From Bacillus subtilis subsp. subtilis str. 168 (GTDB lineage Bacteria; Bacillota; Bacilli; Bacillales; Bacillaceae), in NCBI RefSeq assembly GCF_000009045.1, contig NC_000964.3, positions 2,108,001 through 2,172,000 on the forward strand: a stretch of DNA of 64,000 bases, written 5' to 3'. Of the stretch, positions 1 to 11,392 are shown one piece after another. Within the stretch, counting starts at the first letter, position 1. Every line of letters begins with the position of its first letter. The notes under the pieces are model-generated. The model did not search any database. It saw only the letters and a program-made list of their open reading frames with translations, and was not told the origin of the DNA. The translations under genes were made by a program, and so were the position numbers.

Positions 1-758
1 ACCGCTTTCGTGAAGAAAGACATAAAGCCGAGCTTCACTTCATTTTGCTCAAAAAATTGATCTTTGCGGCGTTTTCTGAGATTCATGACAGCCGTCATGT
101 CCACTTCATTAAATGTAGTCAGCATCGCTGATGTTTGCTGTACCTCTACAAGGCGTTTTGCAATCGTTTGTCTGCGGCGTGACATTTTTTGCACTTCAAC
201 AGGTTTGTCAAAGCTTTGCTGTGCTTTTTGAGCCTGAGGCTGCTGCTTTTGCTGAGGAGCCGGTTTTGATGCCGGTTTTTCGTACGCTTCGACATCCTGC
301 TTGCGCACTCTTCCAAGCGGATCTCCAGTTGGAACTTGAGACAGGTCAATTCCTTTTTCTCTCGCAAGCTTACGGGCCGACGGAGAAGCGATCGTTCTTG
401 ATTTTGCTTCAGATTGTGCTTCCTCGCTCACCTCTTGTGCAGCTGGTTCAGCCTGTTTCTCTTCTTTTACGCTTTCCTTGCTTTCTGTTTTCTCTGTAGG
501 AGCAGGGGCAGAACTTTCACCCGCGCCTTCTGAAATCGTACCGATAATTTCTCCGACCTGGACGGTATCACCCGAATCTTTCAATACCTCTTGAAGTACA
601 CCCGATTCTTCTGCTGTCAATTCAACATTCACTTTATCCGTTTCTAGTTCAAGCAGATATTCACCCTGTTCTACATAGTCACCAGGCTGCTTTAACCATT
701 GGGCTATTGTTCCTTCTGAGATTGATTCTGCTAATTCAGGTACCTTAATTTCCGCCAT
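1..758 (-). CDS. odhB: 2-oxoglutarate dehydrogenase E2 (dihydrolipoamide succinyltransferase), N-terminal part; runs off the window edge
   Basis: Hand-translated from ATG at 758: MAEIKVPELAESISEGTIAQWLK...ETDKVN (lipoyl domain); directly downstream of odhA. Confidence 0.95.
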   Translation of the reverse strand, partial: MAEIKVPELAESISEGTIAQWLKQPGDYVEQGEYLLELETDKVNVELTAEESGVLQEVLKDSGDTVQVGEIIGTISEGAGESSAPAPTEKTESKESVKEEKQAEPAAQEVSEEAQSEAKSRTIASPSARKLAREKGIDLSQVPTGDPLGRVRKQDVEAYEKPASKPAPQQKQQPQAQKAQQSFDKPVEVQKMSRRRQTIAKRLVEVQQTSAMLTTFNEVDMTAVMNLRKRRKDQFFEQNEVKLGFMSFFTKA

Positions 759-773
759 TTTTTCATTTCCCCC

Positions 774-3608
774 TTAGTTTTTGCGAGTCAAGCTATCAGA
801 TACAATACGTTCCTGTTCTTTTTTATGAACTGTCGGATCTCCCTCTGCAGGGCTGGATCGTCTTCTTCGTCCAATATATTGAACGCTTACTCCCTCTGGT
901 GCAATCTCTGTCAAATACGGGCTGATATAACCCCAAGCCCCCATGTTCTGCGGCTCTTCCTGCACCCAAACGATTTCTTTCAGGTTCGGAAGTTTTGCAA
1001 ATAATTCTTTGACTCCTTTTGCCGGGAATGGATACAGCTGTTCGATTCTCGCAATGTGAAGCCACTCTTTACCGTCTTCTAACTTATTAAAATGATCGCT
1101 AATGTCTATAGACACTTTACCGCTGGATAATACAAGTCTGGTTACTTTTTCATAGTCATGAGAAAGTCCCGACTGTTCATAAACAGGCTGGAAGCGGCTT
1201 TCGCTGAGCTCCTGCACTTCCGACACCGTATTTGGGTTGCGAAGAAGGCTCTTCGGCGTCATAATGACGAGCGGTCTGATTTCTTCACGAAGCAGCATTT
1301 TAGCCTGTCTTCTTAAAATATGGAAATACTGTGCCGCGCTTGTCAGGTTGGCAACCGTCCAGTTGTTTTCCGCTGCAAGCTGCAGGAATCGCTCAATTCT
1401 TCCGCTTGAGTGCTCAGGCCCCTGTCCCTCGTAACCGTGCGGGAGCAGCATGACTAATCCGGATTTTTGGCCCCATTTCGCGCGTCCGGCAGAAATAAAT
1501 TGGTCAAAATACACTTGAGCAGCGTTGGCAAAATCTCCGTACTGTGCTTCCCACAAAACAAGCGTTTCCGGTGAATGCACGTTATAGCCGTATTCAAAAC
1601 CGAGAACCGATCCTTCAGACAGCGGGCTGTTATGAACAGCAAATGATGTGCTGCAGTCAGATAAGTGATGAAGCGGCACAAATTCTTTGCCCGTCTCACT
1701 GTCATGAAGCACAAGGTTTCTTTGGGCGAACGTTCCGCGCTCGGAATCCTGTCCTGTTAAACGAATCGGTGTTCCGTCTTTCAAAATTGAAGCAAACGCG
1801 AGTGATTCTGCCAAAGACCATTCCACTTTTCTGTCATCATCGAACGCCTTGGCGCGTCTTTCTAAAATGCGCTTTAGCTTGCCGAAAACATTAAATGACT
1901 CCGGCCAGTTGATCAATTCGCCATTCAGCTTGCGGAGCACATCAAAATCAATCGAAGTGTCCACATCTGGGAAACCGTTTGATACAGGCTCTGGAAGTTC
2001 AATTTCACAAGCAGTGTGTTCCTTTTTAGACGGAACTTTCTGATATGCATCCTCAATGCGCTTCGTTACCGATTTTTCGATGTTTTGAACGACTTCCTCG
2101 GTAACCACGCCTTCTTTTACCAGCTTTTCAGCGAAAATTTGTTTGACGGTCGGATGCTTTCTGACAGCATCATACAGCATTGGCTGAGTGGTTGACGGTT
2201 CATCCATTTCGTTGTGTCCATAGCGTCTGTACCCGATCAAATCAATCAGAAAATCCTTGTTGAATGTTTTTCGGTATTCGACCGCAAACTTAACAGCTGA
2301 AAGACAAGCTTCAGGATCGTCCGCATTCACGTGAACAATCGGAATTTCATAACCCTTGGCCAGGTCGCTGGCATATTTTGTCGATCTGGATTCAGCGCTT
2401 TCTGTTGTGAATCCGATCATGTTATTGGCGATAATATGAATCGCACCGCCTACTTGATACCCTTTTAAAGAGCTTAAATTCAATGTTTCAGCTACAATTC
2501 CTTCCCCAGGGAATGCAGCGTCTCCATGGATTAAAATGGCCAGCGATTTTGTTTCATCTTGTACCGGGTATCCGCTTTGTGTTCGCGTTTCCTGTGCCGC
2601 TCTTGTGCTGCCTTCAACAATCGGATTGATAAATTCCAAGTGGCTCGGGTTGTTCGCTAACGTAATGCGCGCTGATTTTGTTTCAGCGTCTTGAAGCTCC
2701 CGATTCGCCCCCAAATGGTATTTGACATCCCCCGTCCATCCGTAGCTGATTCCAATGGATCCCTCAGACGGTACAAGATCTTTGTTCGGCGCATGCTGGA
2801 ATTCAGAGAAGATGATTTCATACGGTTTGCCGAGCACATGTGCCAAGACATTCAGGCGTCCCCTGTGCGCCATCCCGATGTTGACACTTGTCGTGCCTGA
2901 TTTGACAGATTGTGCAATAATGTCATCAAGCACTGGAACAAGAGCGTCCAGACCCTCAATGGAAAAGCGCTTCTGCCCGACGAATGTGCGGTGCAAAAAC
3001 TGCTCAAAGCCCTCTACTTCTGTCAATCTTTCCAGCACAGCTGACAGCTTTTCAGCTGAGTTCTTCTGGAACAGCTCGCCAGATTCAATCTTTCTTGTCA
3101 GCCACTCGCGCTCTTTGAAGTCATGCACATGGTCAAATTCAAAAGAGATGGTTCTTTTATACGTATTTCGTAAATACTGAATGGCTTCTAAACCGTTCGA
3201 AATGTTTTTAGGAGCGTCTTTGCAGATGACAGACGCAGGTATTGCTTTTATTTCCTCTTCTGTTAGCCCGTAATCGGATAATGGAAAAAGTTCGCTCTTT
3301 TTCTCATCCTTTCTGAGCGGATTGACGGAAGCGTTCAAATGGCCATAGGTTCGGATATCTTCTGCAAGTCTGACTGCGGATGCGATCTTTTGAATCAGAT
3401 CGGCTGTAACACGTCCCTTTTCTTTTGTTCCCGAGGCCTCTTTTATATCGCTTGGCGGAGCACCGAGCTCGTCGAACATTTCCTTCAAATCCGGGTCAAT
3501 GCTGTTCGGATCCTGGGTATACTGATCGTAAAGCTCCAGCGCATAGCCGAGGTTCGGACCGTAAAAATCTTCCCAATTCATTCGTTGTTTCATACTATTT
3601 TGAAACAT
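774..3608 (-). CDS. odhA: 2-oxoglutarate dehydrogenase E1
   Basis: 944 aa ORF with GMAHRGRLN, ThDP-binding HGDAAF motif and [12 protein letters not shown]. Confidence 0.98.
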   Translation of the reverse strand: MFQNSMKQRMNWEDFYGPNLGYALELYDQYTQDPNSIDPDLKEMFDELGAPPSDIKEASGTKEKGRVTADLIQKIASAVRLAEDIRTYGHLNASVNPLRKDEKKSELFPLSDYGLTEEEIKAIPASVICKDAPKNISNGLEAIQYLRNTYKRTISFEFDHVHDFKEREWLTRKIESGELFQKNSAEKLSAVLERLTEVEGFEQFLHRTFVGQKRFSIEGLDALVPVLDDIIAQSVKSGTTSVNIGMAHRGRLNVLAHVLGKPYEIIFSEFQHAPNKDLVPSEGSIGISYGWTGDVKYHLGANRELQDAETKSARITLANNPSHLEFINPIVEGSTRAAQETRTQSGYPVQDETKSLAILIHGDAAFPGEGIVAETLNLSSLKGYQVGGAIHIIANNMIGFTTESAESRSTKYASDLAKGYEIPIVHVNADDPEACLSAVKFAVEYRKTFNKDFLIDLIGYRRYGHNEMDEPSTTQPMLYDAVRKHPTVKQIFAEKLVKEGVVTEEVVQNIEKSVTKRIEDAYQKVPSKKEHTACEIELPEPVSNGFPDVDTSIDFDVLRKLNGELINWPESFNVFGKLKRILERRAKAFDDDRKVEWSLAESLAFASILKDGTPIRLTGQDSERGTFAQRNLVLHDSETGKEFVPLHHLSDCSTSFAVHNSPLSEGSVLGFEYGYNVHSPETLVLWEAQYGDFANAAQVYFDQFISAGRAKWGQKSGLVMLLPHGYEGQGPEHSSGRIERFLQLAAENNWTVANLTSAAQYFHILRRQAKMLLREEIRPLVIMTPKSLLRNPNTVSEVQELSESRFQPVYEQSGLSHDYEKVTRLVLSSGKVSIDISDHFNKLEDGKEWLHIARIEQLYPFPAKGVKELFAKLPNLKEIVWVQEEPQNMGAWGYISPYLTEIAPEGVSVQYIGRRRRSSPAEGDPTVHKKEQERIVSDSLTRKN

Positions 3609-3694
3609 TTGAATATTACCCCCAACTTAAATAATCAAGTGATTGATTCACTATCTTGAAATAACTTTCGAACGCTGTGTCCAAAATTATGTAA

Positions 3695-3708
3695 TAAAAA
3701 CGCTTCCA
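3695..3708 (-). promoter_or_regulatory. cre site (CcpA) upstream of odhA
   Basis: Minus strand TGGAAGCGTTTTTA resembles the cre consensus. Confidence 0.65.
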
Positions 3709-3816
3709 ACGATATTTTACCACTGTTTGCAATTTGATTCTACCTTGATTGTTCACAAAATAGTAAAAAACCTTTATAAAAAACAAAAAATTTAATCATT
3801 CGAAAAAACAAACGCC

Positions 3817-3851
3817 AAAAAGCATAGGATTAAGGGCTATCCTATGCTTTT
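3817..3851 (-). terminator. Intrinsic terminator after yojO
   Basis: AAAAAGCATAGGA-loop-TCCTATGCTTTT hairpin. Confidence 0.8.
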
Positions 3852-5753
3852 ATGAAGCAGTTTTTTCAGCAGCGGATACAAAACATCCGGTAGCTGATCA
3901 ACATCCGGGACAAATATACTGAATTTTCCGTACATATCCTGGATCGTCTTCATTTGCGATTCTTCTATTTCTGAGTTGGAGAGAAAAACATTTATCACTT
4001 CTATTCCTCTTTTTCGGGCTTCGATAACCGCCTCACTTGTATCAACGATCCCATTTTGTTCGTAGCCAAATGCGGCCGGCTCTCCATCTGAGAAAACAAT
4101 TAAGAACTTTTGCGCCTCGCTGCGATGCAGCATTTTTTTCGTCATCTGCCTAATTGCGTACCCGTCACGGTTATCTTCTTCTGGCTCAAGCTGCATAATG
4201 GCCGGTCCAGAATCTTGTCTTAATGATGATTGGAAGGGAATAACCGTATTGAAATAGTTTGGCTGGCTTTTTTCGGTTGCATCATTTGTGTCCTCCCAAA
4301 AACCGACAATCTGATGCGGAACCGCTACCGATTTCAACGCTTCGTGAAACAGCACGATTCCTCGTTTTGTTTCGTCCATTTTGTCGAACATGCTGGCGGA
4401 ACAATCGACCAGCAATGTAAAAACTGCGTCGATTTCTGAAGATGGTTCTTGCTTTTTGTAGAACAGGCGCGGATTTCGCTCAGTGAAGTAACGAAGAAGC
4501 TTATTGTTCAGTCTCCCGGCATGAAGGTCTGTTCTCGGCAATGTTTTTTTATGCTCCAGCGTTTTTTGAATCATTTGTTTCAAACGCTTTTGATACGATT
4601 CAATCGTTTTTGCCTGCTGTTTATAAGAAAGCTCTTCTTCACTGGTTGCCGGCTGCGGTTCTTTATAAATTGGAAATGCATATTTATTTTCTTTGCCGTC
4701 AGCCATACCCGCTCCGTTCGGCTGGTCTTTTTGGGACTCCAGCGCTTCCAGCTTGGAATAGTCTTTCCGTTTCGTTTGTCTGGCTGATCCTTGAACAGAG
4801 CCAAGGGCCTGATCTCCATCGTCGCCTTCCCTTGAAGCATCTTTTCCTAAATCTGATTTTGCGCCGTGTTCAATATCAAATTGAAGGAAGCTTTTAGACG
4901 GTGCTTCTGTTTCCCGGTGCCATGTCGGCATTTCTTCTTCATGGATATCCTCATCACCGTCTGATTGTTTTGGAAGCGTGATGTCATCACTCAGCTTCGG
5001 CGCTTTTTTCTCTTCTTCAAATAACGGCTGTTCTGCAGCTTTTGCGTAATCAAGCTCAGGCAAAAAGAAGTAGGTGTTCAACATGTCTTTATCGAGTACC
5101 TCTTCAAGTCCGTCCATGAGGTCCTCAACAATTTTCAGAACCTGCCGTGTCGAATCTGCTTCATACACACGCAAGAGCTGCTGCTCAATAAACGGGCGCA
5201 TCAGATCGATATCTTCACGCATGGATGGAAGGGTCTCGAGCGGCGATTCCGCTGTGAGCTTGAAATAGATCGCGCAAAAGAGCGCATCGGTAAAAATGCT
5301 TCGTTCCAAATTTAAGGTCAGCTGGGTTGAGAAATGTTTTCTGTACATGTCTTTTCGCTTCGCAAATACATGTTTCGTACCCGGGCGCTCACGTTTGATG
5401 CATTCTTCGATCCTAATGTCTTCAAGCAGCATAAAGAGCTGCTTGGCAAAACTTTTAAACGTAAGATGGCGATGGATATCATTCAAAAAGTTCGCAAACT
5501 CATGCAGCGAGCTATATCTTGTTCCGACTGAACGCAGGTAGACGTCGCTTTTCAGACCCGCTTCCATGTCCTCAGCTGCCCTGTCTTTCCAAAAGTGGCT
5601 CATATAGATTTTCTTTTCAAATGGATTGTAATAGGACTGAACGCCATACTCCACTTCTACCGCTTCACTCTTGGTGAGTGTTTTGGCCAAATCAGTCAGC
5701 ATCATAAATAAAAATGAATCAATCGTGCTGTCGTTAAATTTGATAAATTTCAT
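3837..5753 (-). CDS. yojO: VWA-domain protein (NorD/CbbO-like partner of a MoxR AAA+ ATPase)
   Basis: MIDAS motif DCSASM plus FSDGEP; start placed at ATG 5753 behind RBS GAGGGGG (ORF track extends to 5822). Confidence 0.9.
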   Translation of the reverse strand: MKFIKFNDSTIDSFLFMMLTDLAKTLTKSEAVEVEYGVQSYYNPFEKKIYMSHFWKDRAAEDMEAGLKSDVYLRSVGTRYSSLHEFANFLNDIHRHLTFKSFAKQLFMLLEDIRIEECIKRERPGTKHVFAKRKDMYRKHFSTQLTLNLERSIFTDALFCAIYFKLTAESPLETLPSMREDIDLMRPFIEQQLLRVYEADSTRQVLKIVEDLMDGLEEVLDKDMLNTYFFLPELDYAKAAEQPLFEEEKKAPKLSDDITLPKQSDGDEDIHEEEMPTWHRETEAPSKSFLQFDIEHGAKSDLGKDASREGDDGDQALGSVQGSARQTKRKDYSKLEALESQKDQPNGAGMADGKENKYAFPIYKEPQPATSEEELSYKQQAKTIESYQKRLKQMIQKTLEHKKTLPRTDLHAGRLNNKLLRYFTERNPRLFYKKQEPSSEIDAVFTLLVDCSASMFDKMDETKRGIVLFHEALKSVAVPHQIVGFWEDTNDATEKSQPNYFNTVIPFQSSLRQDSGPAIMQLEPEEDNRDGYAIRQMTKKMLHRSEAQKFLIVFSDGEPAAFGYEQNGIVDTSEAVIEARKRGIEVINVFLSNSEIEESQMKTIQDMYGKFSIFVPDVDQLPDVLYPLLKKLLHKSIG

Positions 5754-5763
5754 CGCAGCCCCC

Positions 5764-6654
5764 TCATTCAAACAGAGTTTCTGCAATATTTCGGACAGCC
5801 GCTTTTTCCCGATCATCATCAAGCTTTTCTACAATTCCCCGCTCAATGGCACGACGCGGCGGAATATAAGCAGCTAAATCACATGTATCGATTAAAGCTC
5901 TGATGGATGCCGCTTCTTCAGACACCTGTCCGTTATTGGCCTGAACGATCAAGTCAGAGGAAAGCGTGATAAATCTGTCAATCAATTTCTCGTCTTTCAA
6001 GGCTGACTGAGACATGAGCACTTGTTTCAGCAGCTCGCCTTTAATATAAGGCACATCAATGATGACAAAACGGTTTTTCAACGCTTCATTCAGAGGAACA
6101 GTTCCGACATAGCCTTCATTGATGGCTGCAATGACTCCGAAACCGCTTTTAGCCCGTATGACCTCGCCTGTAAACGGATTTGTCATCATTTTTCTGTAAT
6201 CTAATACACCGTTTAGAATAGGCAGTGTTTCCGGCTTCGCCATATTGATTTCATCTATATAAAGAAAATGGCCTTCCTTCATTGCCTTTGTAACAGGTCC
6301 TGAAACAAACTCGATTGTTGCCTGGCCAGATTGATTTTCAATCGTTTTATAACCGACCAATGCCTCAGCGTCCAAGTCGACTGAACAGTTGACGCTGTGC
6401 ATCGGTTTATGAAAATAGCTGGACAATGTTTCTGCCAGCTTTGTTTTTCCTGAACCTGTAGGCCCTTTCAGCAGGACATTTTTCCCCATGGCTAATGCAA
6501 TAATGGCGTCAAATAAAATGGCTTCATCCTCCGCCTCATAGCCTGATGTTCCTATAAGCGATTGAAACTCTGGGGAAATAGGCTGCTCTTTATATGATAA
6601 AAGCTTTTGTTGTATATCTTCCGGCAATGTTAAGTGCTGTAGTTGAGTTGTCAT
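5764..6654 (-). CDS. yojN: MoxR/CbbQ/NorQ-type AAA+ ATPase
   Basis: Walker A GPTGSGKT, Walker B YIDEIN, ALKNRF; ATG 6654 behind AGGAAAGGGA (ORF track to 6678). Confidence 0.92.
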   Translation of the reverse strand: MTTQLQHLTLPEDIQQKLLSYKEQPISPEFQSLIGTSGYEAEDEAILFDAIIALAMGKNVLLKGPTGSGKTKLAETLSSYFHKPMHSVNCSVDLDAEALVGYKTIENQSGQATIEFVSGPVTKAMKEGHFLYIDEINMAKPETLPILNGVLDYRKMMTNPFTGEVIRAKSGFGVIAAINEGYVGTVPLNEALKNRFVIIDVPYIKGELLKQVLMSQSALKDEKLIDRFITLSSDLIVQANNGQVSEEAASIRALIDTCDLAAYIPPRRAIERGIVEKLDDDREKAAVRNIAETLFE

Positions 6655-6741
6655 AGACAGATTCCCTTTCCTATTCATATTCCATTAACGAGTATACTAA
6701 AAAAGCCCCTGTATGCTCAATACAAAAGGGCCTGGATGATA

Positions 6742-7332
6742 TTACTGCTTCTCGTTATTTCCCAAAAGGGCTCCGCAGACAATACGCGCACCGGAATTGC
6801 CGCTTGGGTTTGTCAGATAATCGTCCGCTTGTTCATGAATAATAAATGCACTTCCGTCCTCGTCGAGAATATTTAGTTTACTTCCTTTTTTCAGTGAAGT
6901 GTCAGGCGCATTCATTATGACATCTACCTTTCCATCAGCACCGACTTCAAGGTTCGGCAGATCTCCGGCATGATGCCCCATCGGATTATTAAAGCCGTGT
7001 TCTTTGTTCAGTGGATTAAAGGGACCGCCCGCTGATTCAAAATCCGGCCTGACACAAGAACCTTTCTCATAAATATGAAAACCGAGAGAAGCACCTGGAC
7101 GCAGGCTGTTTGCGGAAATATGAATATCGAGGCCTTCATCATCTGATTCTTTGATCTCTATAAAACCGACTGCTTTCCCTTCACGATTGACCAGCTGGAC
7201 ATGATGACCAAACGCTGACGTTTCAACCACTTTTTTTTCCGGCACCCGGTTAGGAGGGTCTGGAGGTTTTTTTTGTCCGCATCCGGCAACTCCCAGTGCC
7301 GTCAGCATCATCAACAGCAAGAGACGGTGCAT
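6742..7332 (-). CDS. yojM: Cu/Zn superoxide dismutase-like lipoprotein lacking two Cu ligands
   Basis: Lipobox VAGC; SodC motifs HHAGDLPN and GNSGARIVCG; GFHIYE and GGPFNP where SodC has His. Confidence 0.92.
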   Translation of the reverse strand: MHRLLLLMMLTALGVAGCGQKKPPDPPNRVPEKKVVETSAFGHHVQLVNREGKAVGFIEIKESDDEGLDIHISANSLRPGASLGFHIYEKGSCVRPDFESAGGPFNPLNKEHGFNNPMGHHAGDLPNLEVGADGKVDVIMNAPDTSLKKGSKLNILDEDGSAFIIHEQADDYLTNPSGNSGARIVCGALLGNNEKQ

Positions 7333-7424
7333 ACTGTCTCCCCCTTGTTTTTTCTAACAGTGTGGTCAATCATTGTCTGGTATAAACAAAAAAGCCTATA
7401 AAAGGCTTTTTGTCATACTCATTT

Positions 7425-8672
<1,248 letters not shown>

Positions 8673-9013
8673 TTCAACCTCCTAAACTGTTTTTTTGCAA
8701 AAACAGCTAGTATTTTGTTTCCAAAAATGGCACACAACTGTTTTATCGTCAATTTTTCAGCAAGTTAAACCCTTTTCAAACATTTGGCGCAGCATTTTCA
8801 GCATCGTTCGACCTTTAAACCTTCAAATAAACATCTAACATTTTACATAAGCACGATATGTTTTTCGAAAGTCTAAGGAACTATTTAAGCGAGGGTAAAA
8901 ATGATGGTTTTCTATTGATGAACGAAGCAGTTTCTCCTCCTTTCTTGTCTATTTTTCTAATCAATTCTCTATCGGCGTGTCAAATCCCTTCCTCTGCATT
9001 CTTATGAAATGGC

Positions 9014-9047
9014 AAAAAGCCTGTTCTTTCGATAAGAACAGGCTTTT
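9014..9047 (-). terminator. Intrinsic terminator after yojK
   Basis: AAAAAGCCTGTTCTT-loop-AAGAACAGGCTTTT. Confidence 0.8.
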
Positions 9048-9050
9048 ACA

Positions 9051-10268
9051 CTATGCATTTGCTGATTGAGTTTTTTGTTTTACAGCTTCAAGAATGCTGT
9101 CGGCTGCTTTTTTAGAGCCGCCTGCCGCTTTCAGTGATTGTCCAATTTCTTTTGCCTTTTCAGCATACGAACGATTATTCATTACTTCTTGTATCGTCTC
9201 TTTCAGTAGGCTTTCAGACAATTCTTCCTTTTTAATTACTTTTCCTGCGCCGACTTTTTCTACCTGATCTGCGACAACAAATTGGTCGCCTCCCATCGGA
9301 ATGACAACGAGCGGGGTTTCAAAATACAAACCTTCACTTGTGCTGTTCATTCCGCCGTGGGTCACAAATAAGCTGGCTCTTTTCAAGATCTCAAGCTGAG
9401 GGACATACGGGCGTACAATGAAATTCTCCGGAATGTCGTTTAACTCACTTGTTTTAATATGCTTGCCGATGGAAAGCACAACTTTACCGTCAAAGTCCTT
9501 ACACACTTCAAGGCATTGATTAAAAAACTGCTTTTGATTATTAAAAATGGTTCCCATTGAAATAAACAGCACGTTTTCATTGTCAATCTGATCAAATGGG
9601 AAATCATTGTTTCCGGCTCTTTCTGTAATGGAAGGACCGACAAATACATATCGCTCGCCAAATTGCTCAGCCAGTGGCTGAAATCCCCTTGATGTAAAGA
9701 CGATTGTCAAGTCACCATCAGCTAAAAAAACATCAAATGGCTTCTTGATCTCTGCTTGAAAATCAGCATTTAACGTTTCTGCAAGCTGCTGGTATGATTC
9801 ATAATGAGGCGAATCTTCAAGTGATCCTTTCATGTACGCTCCCATCATTTCCTTCGCAAATTCCTCATTCATCGCAAAGGTTGTACACAATGAAAATCTT
9901 GGCAGCTTCAGCATGTTGGCAATGACTTTACCCGCGAGAAGATGGTGATCATATATGACATAATCATACGATTCATGTTTGACTTCCTCATAAATATGAG
10001 TCGCGATATCCTTACAGGCTTTCAAAAAAGCGCAGAGCATTTCTGTGAAATCTCTTTCTTCATCGCCGGTTGCGTTTTTCCCGAAGTAATCTCCTCTGAA
10101 ATCATGATACTCACGAAACTCTATATCAAGAGCTGTGATTTTTTCTTTATATTCCTTCACTGCGTAGTACGTAATGTTTTCTCCCCGGGATTTCAGCTCC
10201 TTCATCACACCGATAGAGGGATTAATATGCCCTTCACCGGGGAAACCGATCATTAATACATTAGCCAT
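9051..10268 (-). CDS. yojK: GT1 UDP-glycosyltransferase (macrolide/YjiC-like)
   Basis: N-terminal GHINP and UDP-sugar signature YVPQLEILKRASLFVTHGGMNS...DQ. Confidence 0.92.
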   Translation of the reverse strand: MANVLMIGFPGEGHINPSIGVMKELKSRGENITYYAVKEYKEKITALDIEFREYHDFRGDYFGKNATGDEERDFTEMLCAFLKACKDIATHIYEEVKHESYDYVIYDHHLLAGKVIANMLKLPRFSLCTTFAMNEEFAKEMMGAYMKGSLEDSPHYESYQQLAETLNADFQAEIKKPFDVFLADGDLTIVFTSRGFQPLAEQFGERYVFVGPSITERAGNNDFPFDQIDNENVLFISMGTIFNNQKQFFNQCLEVCKDFDGKVVLSIGKHIKTSELNDIPENFIVRPYVPQLEILKRASLFVTHGGMNSTSEGLYFETPLVVIPMGGDQFVVADQVEKVGAGKVIKKEELSESLLKETIQEVMNNRSYAEKAKEIGQSLKAAGGSKKAADSILEAVKQKTQSANA

Positions 10269-10503
10269 GCGGCAGCACCCTTCCTTTGAGAATTTATGTA
10301 ATATTTTATACGGTACTATAAATGCATAAACAGGTAAAGTATTTCACTTAATTAATATTCATCATATATAACTTTTCTACCAGTTTATATTCCCTGTCTT
10401 CAAGACAAAAAGCATTCAGCTTGAAGCGAATGCTTTAATAAAGATGCGAATTCAGTCATTTTGTCTCATGATAGGATTCTTAATCAGGCCCTTTTTATTA
10501 TTT

Positions 10504-11127
10504 TTACGTTCTTGGTGAAATTAACGGATATAATACACCGTCTTTGGCAAACGACATCTTCCCTGTTTCCTCTGAAACCACGAGCACCAGTGCATCCGTA
10601 TAGCCCGACATACCAAGAGCCGCCCGGTGCCGGGTTCCCAAATGGATATCCACTTCCTTCGTCGTCAGCGGGAGCACATTGGCTGCTGACACGAGTTTGT
10701 TTTCCCTCACTAATAAAGCGCCGTCATGAAGAGGGTTTCCGGGAAAAAAGATGCTTTCAATTAATGAAGAGCTGATCTCGGCGTGTAGGGAGGTGCCTTT
10801 TTGAATAAAACGTTCAACCGGGTCTGCTCTTTCAATCACAATTAAAGCTCCATGCTTATGTTCCGATAAGGCTTTAATCGCCTTGGCCAGCTCAATAAAT
10901 GCCGGCGTAAATTCCTCAATGTATGATTGCAAATAAAAGGAGGATGCAATCCCCTGCATGTCCTGAAAAACGTGCCCCAAATCATCTAATTCACAAAGGA
11001 GACACTGGTCTTTTTCGTGAAGCGTTTTCAAGATTAGAGATGCATCACCTAATATTTGCTCTAAGTACACCTGTATTTTCCCCTTGAACGCATTTTCTGA
11101 TATCTGCTCATAGCGCATAGCCTTCAT
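10504..11127 (-). CDS. cdaS: Sporulation/germination diadenylate cyclase
   Basis: DAC motifs LHDGAL and GTRHRAA behind an N-terminal helical domain; start at ATG 11127. Confidence 0.95.
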   Translation of the reverse strand: MKAMRYEQISENAFKGKIQVYLEQILGDASLILKTLHEKDQCLLCELDDLGHVFQDMQGIASSFYLQSYIEEFTPAFIELAKAIKALSEHKHGALIVIERADPVERFIQKGTSLHAEISSSLIESIFFPGNPLHDGALLVRENKLVSAANVLPLTTKEVDIHLGTRHRAALGMSGYTDALVLVVSEETGKMSFAKDGVLYPLISPRT

Positions 11128-11206
11128 CTCCTGTTTAAATTTCCAACTTTTCACGAATGCTTATCTTATTGATGCACATTCTATTGGTAAAGGAGGGATG
11201 TAAAGA

Positions 11207-11317
11207 ATGGAAATCGAAAGAATCATTCAGTATATTTGCACCTTTTTAGGCGTGATTTCGCTTTCTTTTATTTATGCCCAAATGTTTAGAAAAACGAAAC
11301 CGACAAAAAAAGAATAG
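11207..11317 (+). CDS. Putative 36-aa single-TM microprotein MEIERIIQYICTFLGVISLSFIYAQMFRKTKPTKKE
   Basis: Hand-translated; AAAGGAGG RBS; hydrophobic core and basic tail; below the ORF-track length cutoff. Confidence 0.6.
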   Translation: MEIERIIQYICTFLGVISLSFIYAQMFRKTKPTKKE

Positions 11318-11392
11318 GCCCGGCGTTCATTGCTTTTTATACATAAAATGTTATAATTTCTCTCGTTATGAAAAAGAAACGGAGATCAATGT

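Noticed and set aside
131-3659. Many + strand and alternate-frame ORFs of 60-140 aa overlapping odhA/odhB
   Set aside because: Shadow ORFs of highly conserved genes, with no RBS or recognisable domains.
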